From NCBI GenBank assembly GCA_947646095.1, contig CANSFI010000004.1:2788-66787 (forward strand): DNA of 64,000 nt, read 5' to 3'. The stretch comes from an uncultured Mycoplasmatota bacterium. GTDB lineage: Bacteria; Bacillota_I; Bacilli_A; RF39; UBA660. Position numbers and translations under genes: made by a program. The notes under the pieces are model-generated. The model searched no databases, had not been told where the DNA came from, and worked only from the letters and a program-made list of their open reading frames with translations. Of the stretch, positions 18,394 through 29,439 are shown in pieces (positions within the stretch are counted from its first letter, which is position 1; the number at the start of each line of letters is the position of its first letter).

Positions 18394-20058
18394 CTATTTA
18401 TGGACAAATCCACTACCACCAATAAATTCTCTTAATATTGAATCTTTTGGTACTTCATCACTAGGTATAGGTAAAAAGTTTCTTAAAAAATTAATTAATC
18501 TAATAGCTTCTGGGTAAGTTTCATCATCTTCTGGAACCGAAAATAATAATGGTTCAGCATAAGTTTTTAAAACTCCTAATTCATATACTAAAGCTGTATT
18601 TATTACTTTATCAGCAGAGTCTTGATAAGGAAATATATATTTTTCTTCTCCTTCACGAATGTTTTTCCACATTTTTAATGTATCTGCTGCCATATATCCA
18701 CGATATTTATTATCACGAATAATCCTTCTAAGTCTTCTAGTATCACTAGTATGGATTCGATTATGATTATCTATATTTAATTGAGTTAGAGGGCTAATAT
18801 AAATTTTATATTTATATTTATCTTCAATAGCTATTGTAAGTTCATCATTTAATGCATGTAAACCTTCTATTATAATAATATCATTTTCTTTTATTTGAAG
18901 ATAATTATTTTTATATTCTTTTTTTCCTAAAACAAAGTTAAATTCAGGAAGTGATACTTTTCCTCCCTCTAAAAGTTTGGTAAGATGTTTATTAAAAAGA
19001 TTAATATCTATTGCTTTTATAGATTCAAAATCATAATCACCATTTGGTTTTTTAGGTGTGTCTTTACGTTCTAAAAAATAATCATCTGTAGAAATACTAT
19101 GGGTTTTAAAACCTTTACTTTGTAAGTATACAGCTAGTTTTTTTGAAGTTGTTGTTTTACCACTAGAAGATGGACCTGCTATTAAAACTATTTTTACATT
19201 TTTTTCTTTATAAATTAGTTCACTAACTTCTGCTAATTGTGACTCATAATGAGCTTCTGATAATCTTATTATTTCATTATATTTACCAATTGATACTATT
19301 TCATTTAAGTCTGCTGCTGTTGATATTCCAATTGCTTTACCCCAATTAGTATATTCTAAAAATTTATCAAATATAGGTTTATGATGTACATAATCTAAAG
19401 TACATTCAGGATTATATATATTAGGATAAGCTAAAACAAATCCTGTTTCATCTATAAATGTAAGTTTAAAATCATCTATATCTTTTGTACTATTTGCCAT
19501 TTCACCAAAGAAATAATCATAAACATCATCTAATCTATATAAGTTAACATAACTATTACTTATATATTTAAGTACTTTTACTTTATCTAATTGTTTTGTT
19601 TTTTTAAAGTATTTAATAGCATCTAATCTAGCTACACTAATTCTTGTGAAATTTAAATCCTCAGCTACTAAGTTATGCATTTCTTCTTCTATCTTTTTTA
19701 GTTCTTGTTTTGTTATTTTTCTATTTATAAGTTCACAATATATTCCTTTATCAATTGAATGTTCAATCATTACATCAGTATCTTCACCACATATTCTTTT
19801 TATAGCAACAATCAACATTAGTTGTACACTACTGGCATATACATTATTACCTACTGTACTAGTACGATCATAAAAATCGATATTACACTTCTTAGTAATA
19901 GTTTTTCCTAAATGGGTTAAATTATTATCAACTTTTGCGATTAGAATAGGGTAATTGTAGTATTCTTTAAACGAATGTGAGATTTCTTCTAAAGTAGTAT
20001 TTTGTGAAAATTCTTTTACTATCCTATCTTGGAACACAACTTTTATCATTCTTTCCAT
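18394..20058 (-). CDS. Uridine-kinase-like P-loop NTPase with ThrRS-type N-terminal domains
   Basis: Walker A GPSSSGKTTTSKK in the C-terminal half. The N-terminal ~270 aa resemble TGS / second-additional-domain architecture. Confidence 0.55.
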   Translation of the reverse strand: MERMIKVVFQDRIVKEFSQNTTLEEISHSFKEYYNYPILIAKVDNNLTHLGKTITKKCNIDFYDRTSTVGNNVYASSVQLMLIVAIKRICGEDTDVMIEHSIDKGIYCELINRKITKQELKKIEEEMHNLVAEDLNFTRISVARLDAIKYFKKTKQLDKVKVLKYISNSYVNLYRLDDVYDYFFGEMANSTKDIDDFKLTFIDETGFVLAYPNIYNPECTLDYVHHKPIFDKFLEYTNWGKAIGISTAADLNEIVSIGKYNEIIRLSEAHYESQLAEVSELIYKEKNVKIVLIAGPSSSGKTTTSKKLAVYLQSKGFKTHSISTDDYFLERKDTPKKPNGDYDFESIKAIDINLFNKHLTKLLEGGKVSLPEFNFVLGKKEYKNNYLQIKENDIIIIEGLHALNDELTIAIEDKYKYKIYISPLTQLNIDNHNRIHTSDTRRLRRIIRDNKYRGYMAADTLKMWKNIREGEEKYIFPYQDSADKVINTALVYELGVLKTYAEPLLFSVPEDDETYPEAIRLINFLRNFLPIPSDEVPKDSILREFIGGSGFVHK

Positions 20059-20173
20059 AATATCCCTCTTATCCTTATATAATCATTTTATCAAAAAATA
20101 ATAATTTTGTACACGATTATATGAATATTTTTACATACTTTTACTTATTATATTAAAGAAAGGACTGAAATTT

Positions 20174-20743
20174 ATGCTTATACCAACTGTAATAGAAAAA
20201 AGTAGTAATGGTGAAAGAGCTTATGATATTTACTCACGTTTATTAAAAGATAGAATTATTATTTTAAGTGATGAAATAGATGATGCTAAAGCAAATACTA
20301 TTGTAGCTGAACTACTTTATTTAGATTCTTTAAATAATGATGATATTAGTATTTATATTAATTCTCCTGGTGGTAGTGTTACAGCAGGAATGGCTATTTA
20401 TGATACTATGAATTTTGTTAAAAGTGATGTTTCAACTATTTGTGTTGGAATGGCTGCTAGTATGGCTGCTTTCTTGCTTTCTAGTGGAACTAAAGGAAAA
20501 AGAAAGGCTTTACCAAATAGTGAAGTTATGATTCATCAACCACTTGGTGGGGCTCAAGGACAAGCAACAGAAATTAAGATTGCTGCTGAAAGAATATTAA
20601 AATTAAGAGAAAAGTTAAATATTCTTCTATCTAAAAATACTAATCAAGATTTAAAGATTATTGAAAGAGATACTGAAAGAGATCATTTCTTGAGTGCTAA
20701 AGAGGCTTTGGATTATGGTTTAGTTGATGAAGTTTTAGATTAA
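20174..20743 (+). CDS. clpP: ATP-dependent Clp protease proteolytic subunit
   Basis: Motifs [22 protein letters not shown] and IHQPLGG. Confidence 0.95.
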   Translation: MLIPTVIEKSSNGERAYDIYSRLLKDRIIILSDEIDDAKANTIVAELLYLDSLNNDDISIYINSPGGSVTAGMAIYDTMNFVKSDVSTICVGMAASMAAFLLSSGTKGKRKALPNSEVMIHQPLGGAQGQATEIKIAAERILKLREKLNILLSKNTNQDLKIIERDTERDHFLSAKEALDYGLVDEVLD

Positions 20744-20776
20744 AAAAACTTAGATTTTTAAGTCTAAGTTTTTATT
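20744..20776. terminator. Bidirectional terminator between clpP and pseudopilin B
   Basis: Stem aacttaga (20747-20754) / tctaagtt (20763-20770), flanked by A and T runs. Confidence 0.6.
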
Positions 20777-22067
20777 ATAAATTTTTTGGTACTTTTATTA
20801 CTGGTCTTATACCACAATATGAGTTGGATTCTAAATCATAAATGCCAACATTACCACTATAAGTAACTGAATATGCATAATAATAACCCAAGGTATCTTT
20901 GTTATAAGAGGTAGTCAACCAATATCCACGTGGTAATTTATCACTACTACTACCGCTAGTATATTCGTATAAATATTTTGGACATCCACCATCTGTTTTA
21001 CATCCTAAATTTTTAGTTTCTGTTGCTGTTAGCATTCTAGCTCTTACATCTGTTACCTCTATTGATTTATAATTTATTTTTTCACTAGAATTAAAAACAG
21101 GTTTATCATCTTTTAGTGTATAGCTATAGCTTTTAATATTAGTCCAATTATCAGTTCTCTTTTTTAATACTCTAAGAGCGGTTAATGGGCCCTTGTCATA
21201 ACTTCCATAATTGGTTCCACCAGTTGCTTCATAATCTTTTTTTGATATCCAAGCTATATTTTCTCCTAAATTTTTATTCATAATTAAAGTCAATTCACTT
21301 CCTGTATCATCAATTACATAGAACTCATAATTTTCTGTATCATTTACTTGAACGGCTACTCTTGTTCCATTTTCACATATAGTATTATTATGAATACATT
21401 TATTAGTAGATGTTAATATATATTCAGTTACTGTTATAGGTATTTCTTTTTTAGTTCCATTTATATCTATTGTTGCTTTTGTTGTTCCAATACTTTTAGC
21501 TTTTATCTTACCATTTTCTACAGTAGCTATATTTTCATTAAGACTTTCTATTTTAAAATTTCCATTTTGAAAATTTAAAGTAACTGAATCTCCTAAATAC
21601 ATTTCTATCGACATACTTAATAATACACTATCTGTTGAATTTGTTGATATATTACAATTTTCTAAATTATTACTTATTTTTATTTCTGTTTTATTTAGTT
21701 CTTTAGTTGCGCACCATTTTCCATTTGTTATTGCTAGTTCTATTTTACCTTCTTTAGTAACAATCATATTACCACTTGTTGGTTTTTTACCTTTTATTTC
21801 TAATTCTTTAGCTTCTGGAAAGGTAAATGTTACATCTTCTTTCATTTCTTCTACTTCTAATAACTTATTAGAATAATATAGTTCTCCAGATTTTATAATT
21901 CCATAAGCACTATTTTTAAATGCTTCTTTTTTTGATTTTTCTACTATATTTATTACTAATGGTATTGTAATTAAAGCTATTATTCCAAGTATTATTATAA
22001 CTGCAAGTAATTCTATTAAAGTAAAACCCAATGTTGCAAGTTTAAACTTTTTCCTATTATTTTTCAT
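20775..22067 (-). CDS. Large prepilin-type protein, paralogue of 9188..10747
   Basis: N-terminal LGFTLIELLAVIIILGIIA. The C-terminal domain aligns with pseudopilin A (YEFYVIDDTGSELTLIMNKNLGENIAWISKKDY..., GPLTAL, VRARMLTATE, CGIRPVIKVPKNL). Confidence 0.8.
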   Translation of the reverse strand: MKNNRKKFKLATLGFTLIELLAVIIILGIIALITIPLVINIVEKSKKEAFKNSAYGIIKSGELYYSNKLLEVEEMKEDVTFTFPEAKELEIKGKKPTSGNMIVTKEGKIELAITNGKWCATKELNKTEIKISNNLENCNISTNSTDSVLLSMSIEMYLGDSVTLNFQNGNFKIESLNENIATVENGKIKAKSIGTTKATIDINGTKKEIPITVTEYILTSTNKCIHNNTICENGTRVAVQVNDTENYEFYVIDDTGSELTLIMNKNLGENIAWISKKDYEATGGTNYGSYDKGPLTALRVLKKRTDNWTNIKSYSYTLKDDKPVFNSSEKINYKSIEVTDVRARMLTATETKNLGCKTDGGCPKYLYEYTSGSSSDKLPRGYWLTTSYNKDTLGYYYAYSVTYSGNVGIYDLESNSYCGIRPVIKVPKNL

Positions 22068-22390
22068 AATCTATATCTATTCCTCCAACTACCATTAAGT
22101 ATATCACTTATTTTATATTAAATTATATTTTTATTCTAATTGTTACTTTAATTTTAATGCTTTATTACTAAATTGACAATACTTATGTAAATTATTTTTT
22201 CAATCTTTTAATATTTATTATATATAATTATGGTTTAATGATTAAATTTATTACATAAATTTCATATAAAAATAACTATTGAAATAAATCAACAGTTATT
22301 CTTTTATGTTCTTCTACATTATGATAATAATTTGTACCATAATGAATAGTTTTAATATAATTTTTAACATATTTATTCATTATATCACTA

Positions 22391-22573
22391 CTATCTATTT
22401 AAAGTTTGTTCACCCATTTGAACTAATCTTCTAGTCATTTCGCCACCAACTGAACCATTTTTACGTGCAGTTTGATCTGGTCCTAATGTTACACCTAATT
22501 CACGAGCTATTTCATATTTCATTTGCTCTAATGCTTGCTTTGAACCAGGAACAACTAATTTATTATTATTCAT
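22391..22573 (-). CDS. Alpha/beta-type small acid-soluble spore protein
   Basis: Motifs KYEIARELGV and GSVGGEMTRRLV. ATG at 22573 is preceded by AAAGGTGGTGA. Confidence 0.9.
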   Translation of the reverse strand: MNNNKLVVPGSKQALEQMKYEIARELGVTLGPDQTARKNGSVGGEMTRRLVQMGEQTLNR

Positions 22574-22847
22574 ACATCTCACCACCTTTTATATTAATAG
22601 TTTAACCATTAATATATTTATTAAACTGGTAATAATTAGTATGATTTTATAGTTTTTAAGCTAATGACTATATGATTCTACTTCAACAAAATTGTTATTT
22701 CTCCATATACAATTTTGAGTAATGATACTTATATTTAATATTCTATACCAGCATATTATCACCTCTATTAATAATATACGATAAGAATATATCAAACTCC
22801 TTCATACAACTAAAAAAAGACAGATATTTTTCTGTCCATTTTCATAA

Positions 22848-23057
22848 TTATTTAGATTGGTAGTTAGCTCCACCTAAATTTTGTTCACCCATTTGAACTA
22901 ATCTTTTAGTGATTTCTCCACCAACTGAACCATTTGCTCTACTAGTTGCATCAGGACCCATAGTAACACCTAATTCATTAGCTATTTCATATTTCATTTT
23001 TTCGATAGCTTGTTTAGCTCCAGGTACAACTAAATTACTTGTTGATTTATTATTCAT
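22848..23057 (-). CDS. Alpha/beta-type small acid-soluble spore protein
   Basis: Motifs [10 protein letters not shown] and [15 protein letters not shown] at 23057 is preceded by AGGAGGTGA. Confidence 0.9.
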   Translation of the reverse strand: MNNKSTSNLVVPGAKQAIEKMKYEIANELGVTMGPDATSRANGSVGGEITKRLVQMGEQNLGGANYQSK

Positions 23058-23135
23058 TATACTCACCTCCTGTACACTAATAGAATGTGTCATGAAGGTA
23101 ATTTTAATACATTTTTTTTAATGGTAAAAAATGGT

Positions 23136-24314
23136 TTATAATAAATCTTCAAATTTATTAAAATTTAAATCTTTTACTACTTCAATATTTTCAATACATT
23201 TATCAATTAATGATTCAAAATCAAATCGTTTTTCATAATCTAAGCATTTATCTAATTTTGGATTAATAATAGGATGACGTGGCACAAAAATTGTACAGCA
23301 ATCTTCAAATGGTAAAACACTTGTTTCATAAGTATTTATTTTATTTGCAATATCTATTATTTCTAGTTTATCCATACATGCTACTGGTCTAATTACTGGC
23401 ATATTAGTTACATTATTAATAACACTCATACTAGTTATTGTTTGACTAGCTACTTGACCTATACTTTCACCATTTATAAGAATATCGCATTTTAATTTTT
23501 TCGCATATTTTTCACTTATACGATACATTATTCTACGCATAATTGTTATCATATAATTAGGTGGTACCATTTTATAAATTGTTTCTTGTACTTTTGTAAA
23601 TGGTACAACATGTACTTTTATATTACCTGAATAATCATTGATAATAGATGCAAGTTTAATGACCTTATTTTTTGCTTCTAAAGATGTGTGTGGTGGACTT
23701 TCAAAATATAAACAATCTATATCTACTCCTCTTTTTAAAGCTAGATATCCAGCTACTGGACTATCAATACCACCACTTAGCATTAATAATCCCTTTCCTT
23801 GTATACCAACTGGATATCCACCACTTCCTTTAATTTCATTAGTATATATATATGTTCCATCATCTCTAATTTCAATATGTAAAACAAAATCAGGATTATG
23901 AACATCTACTTTGCAATCAAATGTTTTTAAAACTAAAGATCCTATTATATTATTAAAATCCATTGTATGAATTTCAAAAGATTTGTTTGCTCTTTTAGTT
24001 TCTACTTTAAATGTATTAAATTTTATTTCTTTTAAAATTTTTATTACATTTTCTTTTATTTCATCAGTATTATTATTCACTTTATGACAAATTACTATAC
24101 TATGAATTCCGAAAACTTTAGTTAATTTTTTTGTTATTTCATCGATATAATTATTATTTGTATAAATATATGTTCTAACACGATCATATTTAATTTCAAA
24201 ATCATAATCTTTTAAAACATTTTTAATATTTGATACTAGTTTTTTTATAAAAAAGGAACGATTATCTTTTTTTGTTGTAAGTTCCCCATATTTAATCATA
24301 ATTATTTTTTCCAT
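23136..24314 (-). CDS. thiI: tRNA 4-thiouridine synthase
   Basis: IKYGELTTK N-terminus, THUMP region, PP-loop SGGIDSPVA. Confidence 0.9.
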   Translation of the reverse strand: MEKIIMIKYGELTTKKDNRSFFIKKLVSNIKNVLKDYDFEIKYDRVRTYIYTNNNYIDEITKKLTKVFGIHSIVICHKVNNNTDEIKENVIKILKEIKFNTFKVETKRANKSFEIHTMDFNNIIGSLVLKTFDCKVDVHNPDFVLHIEIRDDGTYIYTNEIKGSGGYPVGIQGKGLLMLSGGIDSPVAGYLALKRGVDIDCLYFESPPHTSLEAKNKVIKLASIINDYSGNIKVHVVPFTKVQETIYKMVPPNYMITIMRRIMYRISEKYAKKLKCDILINGESIGQVASQTITSMSVINNVTNMPVIRPVACMDKLEIIDIANKINTYETSVLPFEDCCTIFVPRHPIINPKLDKCLDYEKRFDFESLIDKCIENIEVVKDLNFNKFEDLL

Positions 24315-24375
24315 AACTATCACTTCTTTCGTAAGCATTATATCAAATTAATTGTGTTTTAGCAAAGAAAAACAA

Positions 24376-26106
24376 TCATTTATTTTGATTGTTTTCACTT
24401 CCATATAAATTAAGTAGTTTATCATATATTCCAGGTTCAATTCTATTTAATGCATTGATTGTAAGTTCTAAAGATTTTTGATATTCACCCTTATAAAATA
24501 ATATTTCTGCATTAGTTAAGTTTTTATCTAAATCATCAACTGTAGAACGATATCTATTACCATATATTATAGACATTTCAGCAAACATTGCTGTTTTCAT
24601 AATCTCTTTTGTTTTACTAAATAATTTTAATACTAAATCACGTGCAGTATCTACTCTTGTATTTAACACTTCAATTGTTATTGGTTTTTTATCTAGTTCT
24701 TTAACTATTTCTTTAATAGCATTCTTTGCTTCAGTAAGTTCTAAATAGTAATTTTTTGGTATAACTGGTAAATTATAATCACGCATTTTAGATTTAGAAT
24801 TTTTTAAAATAATTTTAACTTCTTCTAGTTGTTGACGTGCTCTGCTTTCGTCTTCCTTCATACTTCCAATTGTATCTAAGGTATTATCTAAGCTTTCTTC
24901 TATTACAGATAATTTTAATACTAAATTTTCAATTTCTTTAGTTAACTTCGAATAAGCAAATGTACTGTTTCCTGTATGACCAATTAAAACTTTATAATCA
25001 CCATTTAATGATTTTAAATCTTCTCTAACCTTACCTAAAACTTCTAAATCTTCCTCTGATAAATTATATAAATCTTTAATTTCATCTATTTTATTAAAAA
25101 TATCTGAAACTAAGGCATTTATACTATCAAGTTTTCTTTTAAATGAAGAGTTAGTTTCTTCATATACTTTTCTATTTACTTTTTCCTTTTCAAAATCGTT
25201 AAATAAACCATCAAAATATTCCATTAAAACTTTAAGTTCAAATAAACCATCTTCCATATTCAATACTTTACTTCTATTAATAATATCACTAATTTTTTTA
25301 TTAGCTTCTTCAATATTGTATTCAACATTTAAGTAATCAAGTGGATAACCTAGTTTTTTCATTTCTTCATATGTGGTTTCAACTTCACTTATTTTATTTG
25401 GAATTATATTGTATGCCATTAAAACTATTGAAGGCATTTCATTAATTACTATTTCCATATGTTTTAACATTTCATCTATAGCTTTTATAATTTGAGTTAC
25501 TTCTGTATATTCATTATTTTCCATAATTTTTTCAAAATCTTCAAATCTTTTTGCTATGTTTTCAAATTGTAATGAAATAGATTCAGCAATTTCTCCATAC
25601 TCTGCTTTAGTATCATTAAATCTTTGATATAATTCTCTATAGCTTGTTTTTAGTTTTGTAATTATTGCTCTATTTCTTTCCTCACTTGTTGTTACTTCTT
25701 TTATTTCGTTAAGCAAAAACTCTGAATTAGTTCTTACTTTATATATTTCCATTTCTAGTTTAGCTATTTTATACATTGCATTTTTATAATCTGTTTGTGA
25801 TAATGAATAATCTGCTTCTAATATCATATCAGTAATTTTAGGAATTTGATTATCTTTTATATCATCTAATCTTTCTTTCCATTCATTATACATAACTTCT
25901 AATTTTTCATTTTTTAAATAGGATTCTATTTTTGCAAGCTCTGGTAAAATTGGAGTACTTGCTATTTTATTTTTTTCTATATCTAAATTTTCTAACATTT
26001 TCTTTAAACTTTTATTTTTGTTAGCTTGAATAAAGTTAAGAATGAGTACTATTAAAATGACTGATATAATAAATATTGTTACTATCACTAAAATTAATCC
26101 ATCCAT
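24376..26106 (-). CDS. ezrA: Septation ring formation regulator EzrA
   Basis: One N-terminal TM helix, then ~550 aa of coiled coil with EzrA-like length and layout. Confidence 0.8.
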   Translation of the reverse strand: MDGLILVIVTIFIISVILIVLILNFIQANKNKSLKKMLENLDIEKNKIASTPILPELAKIESYLKNEKLEVMYNEWKERLDDIKDNQIPKITDMILEADYSLSQTDYKNAMYKIAKLEMEIYKVRTNSEFLLNEIKEVTTSEERNRAIITKLKTSYRELYQRFNDTKAEYGEIAESISLQFENIAKRFEDFEKIMENNEYTEVTQIIKAIDEMLKHMEIVINEMPSIVLMAYNIIPNKISEVETTYEEMKKLGYPLDYLNVEYNIEEANKKISDIINRSKVLNMEDGLFELKVLMEYFDGLFNDFEKEKVNRKVYEETNSSFKRKLDSINALVSDIFNKIDEIKDLYNLSEEDLEVLGKVREDLKSLNGDYKVLIGHTGNSTFAYSKLTKEIENLVLKLSVIEESLDNTLDTIGSMKEDESRARQQLEEVKIILKNSKSKMRDYNLPVIPKNYYLELTEAKNAIKEIVKELDKKPITIEVLNTRVDTARDLVLKLFSKTKEIMKTAMFAEMSIIYGNRYRSTVDDLDKNLTNAEILFYKGEYQKSLELTINALNRIEPGIYDKLLNLYGSENNQNK

Positions 26107-26338
26107 ATACTCACCTCACTATTATTACTGCTATTATAATTTTACCACAAATTCGACTTTTTTTGCACTTTTTTTTAATATTTTTGTTAAAACTATATAA
26201 TATTATTGTTTTTGTTGAATTAACATTATGTTTTATTATAGAAATTTAATATTAATAAAATTTTTATTCAACTAAAAAATGTTGATAAAATTATAATAAA
26301 AAACTATTTAAAATAAAGACTTTTTTTAATTTTTGGTA

Positions 26339-26367
26339 TTGACTATTATATAAAAACATAATATAAT
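26339..26367 (+). promoter_or_regulatory. SigA-type promoter of rpsD, followed by a ~175-nt leader
   Basis: TTGACT (26339-26344), 17-nt spacer, TATAAT (26362-26367). The long leader before the rpsD RBS could be an S4 autoregulatory leader; that part is inference. Confidence 0.55.
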
Positions 26368-26547
26368 TATAAATGCGTATGAAAAAGCAGCGTGTTTTGG
26401 AATTTTATAATGTGTTTATTACCTATAGGGGTTATTGTGTAACTTTTATAAATAGGATTTGAAGCTGCTAAGTGAAGATATTAAAATAAACACCCTATAA
26501 TTTGGCCAAACACTCTCTAGATTATGCAATAATGAAGGAGGGATTTT

Positions 26548-27150
26548 ATGTCAAGATATACTGGAGCAACTTATCGTAAAAGTCGTCGTTTAGGTTTTTC
26601 TACTACTGAAACTGGTAAAGAATTAGCTAAAAAACCATATGCACCAGGGCAACACGGAAATAAACGTGGTAAAAAATTATCTAACTATGGTGTTCAATTA
26701 CAAGAAAAACAAAAGGTTAGATTTATGTATGGTATTAATGAAAAACAATTCAGAAAAATCTTTAATGATGCTGGAAAATTAAAGGGTGTTCATGGTGAAG
26801 ATTTCTTAAAATTATTAGAAAGTCGTTTAGATAATTTAGTTTATCGTATTGGATTTGCTACTACTAGAAAAGGAGCAAGACAATTAGTAAATCATGGACA
26901 TGTAACTGTTAATGGTAGAAGCGTTAACATTCCATCTTATAGATGTAAACCAGGCGATGTGATTGCTATTAAAGAATCTGATAAAGATTTAGTTATTGTT
27001 AAATCTTCATTAGAATCTATAAGTAATCGTGTTGAATTTGTTACTTATGATGAAAGTAAAATGGCTGGTACTTATGTAAGATATCCAGAACGTAATGAAT
27101 TAAATGCTGATATTAATGAATCATTAATTGTTGAATTCTACAATAGATAA
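26548..27150 (+). CDS. rpsD: 30S ribosomal protein S4
   Basis: MSRYTG..YRKSRRLG N-terminus and an S4 RNA-binding domain. GGAGGG RBS. Confidence 0.97.
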   Translation: MSRYTGATYRKSRRLGFSTTETGKELAKKPYAPGQHGNKRGKKLSNYGVQLQEKQKVRFMYGINEKQFRKIFNDAGKLKGVHGEDFLKLLESRLDNLVYRIGFATTRKGARQLVNHGHVTVNGRSVNIPSYRCKPGDVIAIKESDKDLVIVKSSLESISNRVEFVTYDESKMAGTYVRYPERNELNADINESLIVEFYNR

Positions 27151-27178
27151 AAAATACTGAATCAAATCAGTATTTTTT
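27151..27178 (+). terminator. rpsD terminator
   Basis: Stem atactga (27154-27160) / tcagtat (27167-27173), then TTTTT. Confidence 0.8.
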
Positions 27179-27523
27179 AATATTTTATAAAGTTAACTAC
27201 AAGTTATTACAAAAAGTGTTTTTATCTGATATAATTAGCATAGAGATATTTATAACTGTTGTTCCCCCCCAAGTAGTAGGTATGCAAAAAGGCATTCCTG
27301 GAATATTTATATTAGTTATTTTAATTTTACTTTTAGACATTATACCTAAGAATAAAGTATAATTAAAAACGCTTAATTATTCATATTGAATTGATTAGAC
27401 GTTTTTTAATTGAAAAATTTGAGAAAACACTTAACATACAAAAGTTATACATATCCCTTTTTATTATATAGAATATTTCCACCTACATACAATTTATCAT
27501 ATTTTATTAAAAATACAAATTAA

Positions 27524-28750
27524 TTATTCAAAAATTCCTAAATAATATTTTTTCTTACCTCTTCTAACAACTAATAACTTATTTTCAATTGCTATATTTC
27601 TAATTATAGTCATATTTTCATCAGTTACTTTTTCATCATTGATAATAATTGAACCAGCATTTATAAATTCTCTAGCTTCTCTTTTACTTGAACAAATATT
27701 ATTATTAACTAACATATCTAGTATATTAATATCTTCATTTAAATTAAAGTGTGGTACATCTTTAAAACCTACCATAATATCTTCTAAATTTAATTCTTTA
27801 ATACTTCCTCCAAATAAAGATTCACTTATTTTAACTGCCTTATTATATTCGTCCTCACCATGTAAGAAGGTAATTACTTCATGAGCTAAAGTTTTGTGTG
27901 CTTCTCTTAAATGTGGATTTTCATTATGTTTTTTTTCTAGTTGTTCTATTTCTTCCTTAGATAAGAAAGTTAATTTTTTTAAATATTCGATTACTTTAGA
28001 ATCTTCAGCATTCAATAAAAATTGATACATTTCATAACTTGATGTTTTTTCTTTATCTAACCAAATGGCATTTCCTTCACTTTTTCCAAATTTAGTTCCA
28101 TCTGCTTTAGTAATTAATGGCATTGTAAGTCCAAAAGCATTTCCACCTATTTTTTTTCTAATTAATTCTACTCCAGAGGTAATATTTCCCCATTGATCAG
28201 AACCTCCTATTTGTAAAGTACAATTTTTATTTTCATATAACCATAAAAAGTCTAATGCTTGCATTATCATATAAGAAAATTCTGTATAAGTAATTCCCAA
28301 GTCTAGTCTACTTTTAACTGTTTCTTTGTTTAACATATAATTTAAATTAAAAAATTTACCATAGTCTCTTAAATAATCAATAAAATTAATATCTTTAGAC
28401 CAATCATAATTATTTACAACTTCAAAACCAAATAATTCTTCTACTTGTTTTCTTAACTTTTTATAATTATTTTCTAATAATTCTTTTGTTATCATAGGTC
28501 TTTCAGCTGTTGGTTTAGGATCTCCTATAAGACCAGTCGCTCCACCTACTAATAATATCGGATTATGTCCACCTTTTTTTAACCTAGTTGCCATTGAAAA
28601 TGTTGAATAATGACCTATATGTAGACTATCTCCTGTAGGATCTGTACCAATATAAAAAGTTAATCCTCCATTGTTTATTTTTTCAATCAATTTTTCATCT
28701 GTTATATTTTCAATTAATCCTCTCCAAACTAATTCATCATATAATTTCAT
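27524..28750 (-). CDS. tyrS: Tyrosine--tRNA ligase
   Basis: HIGH motif (SLHIGHY), KFGKS, C-terminal S4-like domain. Confidence 0.95.
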   Translation of the reverse strand: MKLYDELVWRGLIENITDEKLIEKINNGGLTFYIGTDPTGDSLHIGHYSTFSMATRLKKGGHNPILLVGGATGLIGDPKPTAERPMITKELLENNYKKLRKQVEELFGFEVVNNYDWSKDINFIDYLRDYGKFFNLNYMLNKETVKSRLDLGITYTEFSYMIMQALDFLWLYENKNCTLQIGGSDQWGNITSGVELIRKKIGGNAFGLTMPLITKADGTKFGKSEGNAIWLDKEKTSSYEMYQFLLNAEDSKVIEYLKKLTFLSKEEIEQLEKKHNENPHLREAHKTLAHEVITFLHGEDEYNKAVKISESLFGGSIKELNLEDIMVGFKDVPHFNLNEDINILDMLVNNNICSSKREAREFINAGSIIINDEKVTDENMTIIRNIAIENKLLVVRRGKKKYYLGIFE

Positions 28751-28751
28751 T

Positions 28752-29429
28752 TTAATCCTCCTTACAATGAATATGTTTATAACTACATTTACTATCCATA
28801 ATATTTACACCATTACTTGTTCCTATTCTAGTTGCACCTGCTTCAATCATTCTATTTGCTTGTTCATAACATTTAATTCCACCACTTGCTTTTATTTCTA
28901 AAATATTGTTACGATATTTATTAATTAATTCTATATCTTCTATTCTTGCTCCATATTCACTAAAACCTGTTGAAGTTTTAATAAAATTAACATATGTTTC
29001 ATTACATATTTCAGTCATTTTAATTATTTCTTCTTCTGTAAGTAAACATGTTTCAATTATAACTTTTAATATTTTACCATCTATAGCATCTCTAATCTCT
29101 TCTATTTCTGTTTTAATATAATCATAATCTTTATTTTTTAAAGCTGATATGTTTATAACCATATCTATTTCATCAGCTCCATTTTCAATTGTATCGATTG
29201 CTTCATAGACTTTTGTAGCTGGTGTATTCATTCCAAGTGGAAAGCCTACTACAGTACATACACTTACATTACTTTCTTCTAAAAGTTCGCTTACAAATGG
29301 TACATAACAGGGAAAAACACATACAGAAGCAAAATGATATTTGATTGCTTCATCACATAATCTTTTTATATCTTCTTTTAAAGCTGTATTTTTTAAATTA
29401 GTATGATCAATATAACTATTTAATTCCAT
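28752..29429 (-). CDS. deoC: Deoxyribose-phosphate aldolase
   Basis: IDHTNLK N-terminus. Schiff-base lysine context FIKTSTGF. Stop abuts the tyrS start. Confidence 0.9.
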   Translation of the reverse strand: MELNSYIDHTNLKNTALKEDIKRLCDEAIKYHFASVCVFPCYVPFVSELLEESNVSVCTVVGFPLGMNTPATKVYEAIDTIENGADEIDMVINISALKNKDYDYIKTEIEEIRDAIDGKILKVIIETCLLTEEEIIKMTEICNETYVNFIKTSTGFSEYGARIEDIELINKYRNNILEIKASGGIKCYEQANRMIEAGATRIGTSNGVNIMDSKCSYKHIHCKED

Positions 29430-29439
29430 ATTTCCTCCT

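Noticed and set aside
20775-20940. The paralogous pseudopilin C-terminus as the template repeat for the 9215-9325 patch.
   Set aside because: Nucleotide similarity over the variable segment is negligible. A template repeat should match at all non-adenine positions. I also saw no other near-copy of the patch in the intergenic regions of this window.
27264-27362. C7 homopolymer (27264-27270) followed by a 26-aa hydrophobic ORF (27282..27362, MQKGIPGIFILVILILLLDIIPKNKV). It could be a type I toxin or a phase-variable peptide.
   Set aside because: No Shine-Dalgarno at a workable distance, no antisense RNA evidence, and only an imperfect downstream hairpin. Too weak to call.
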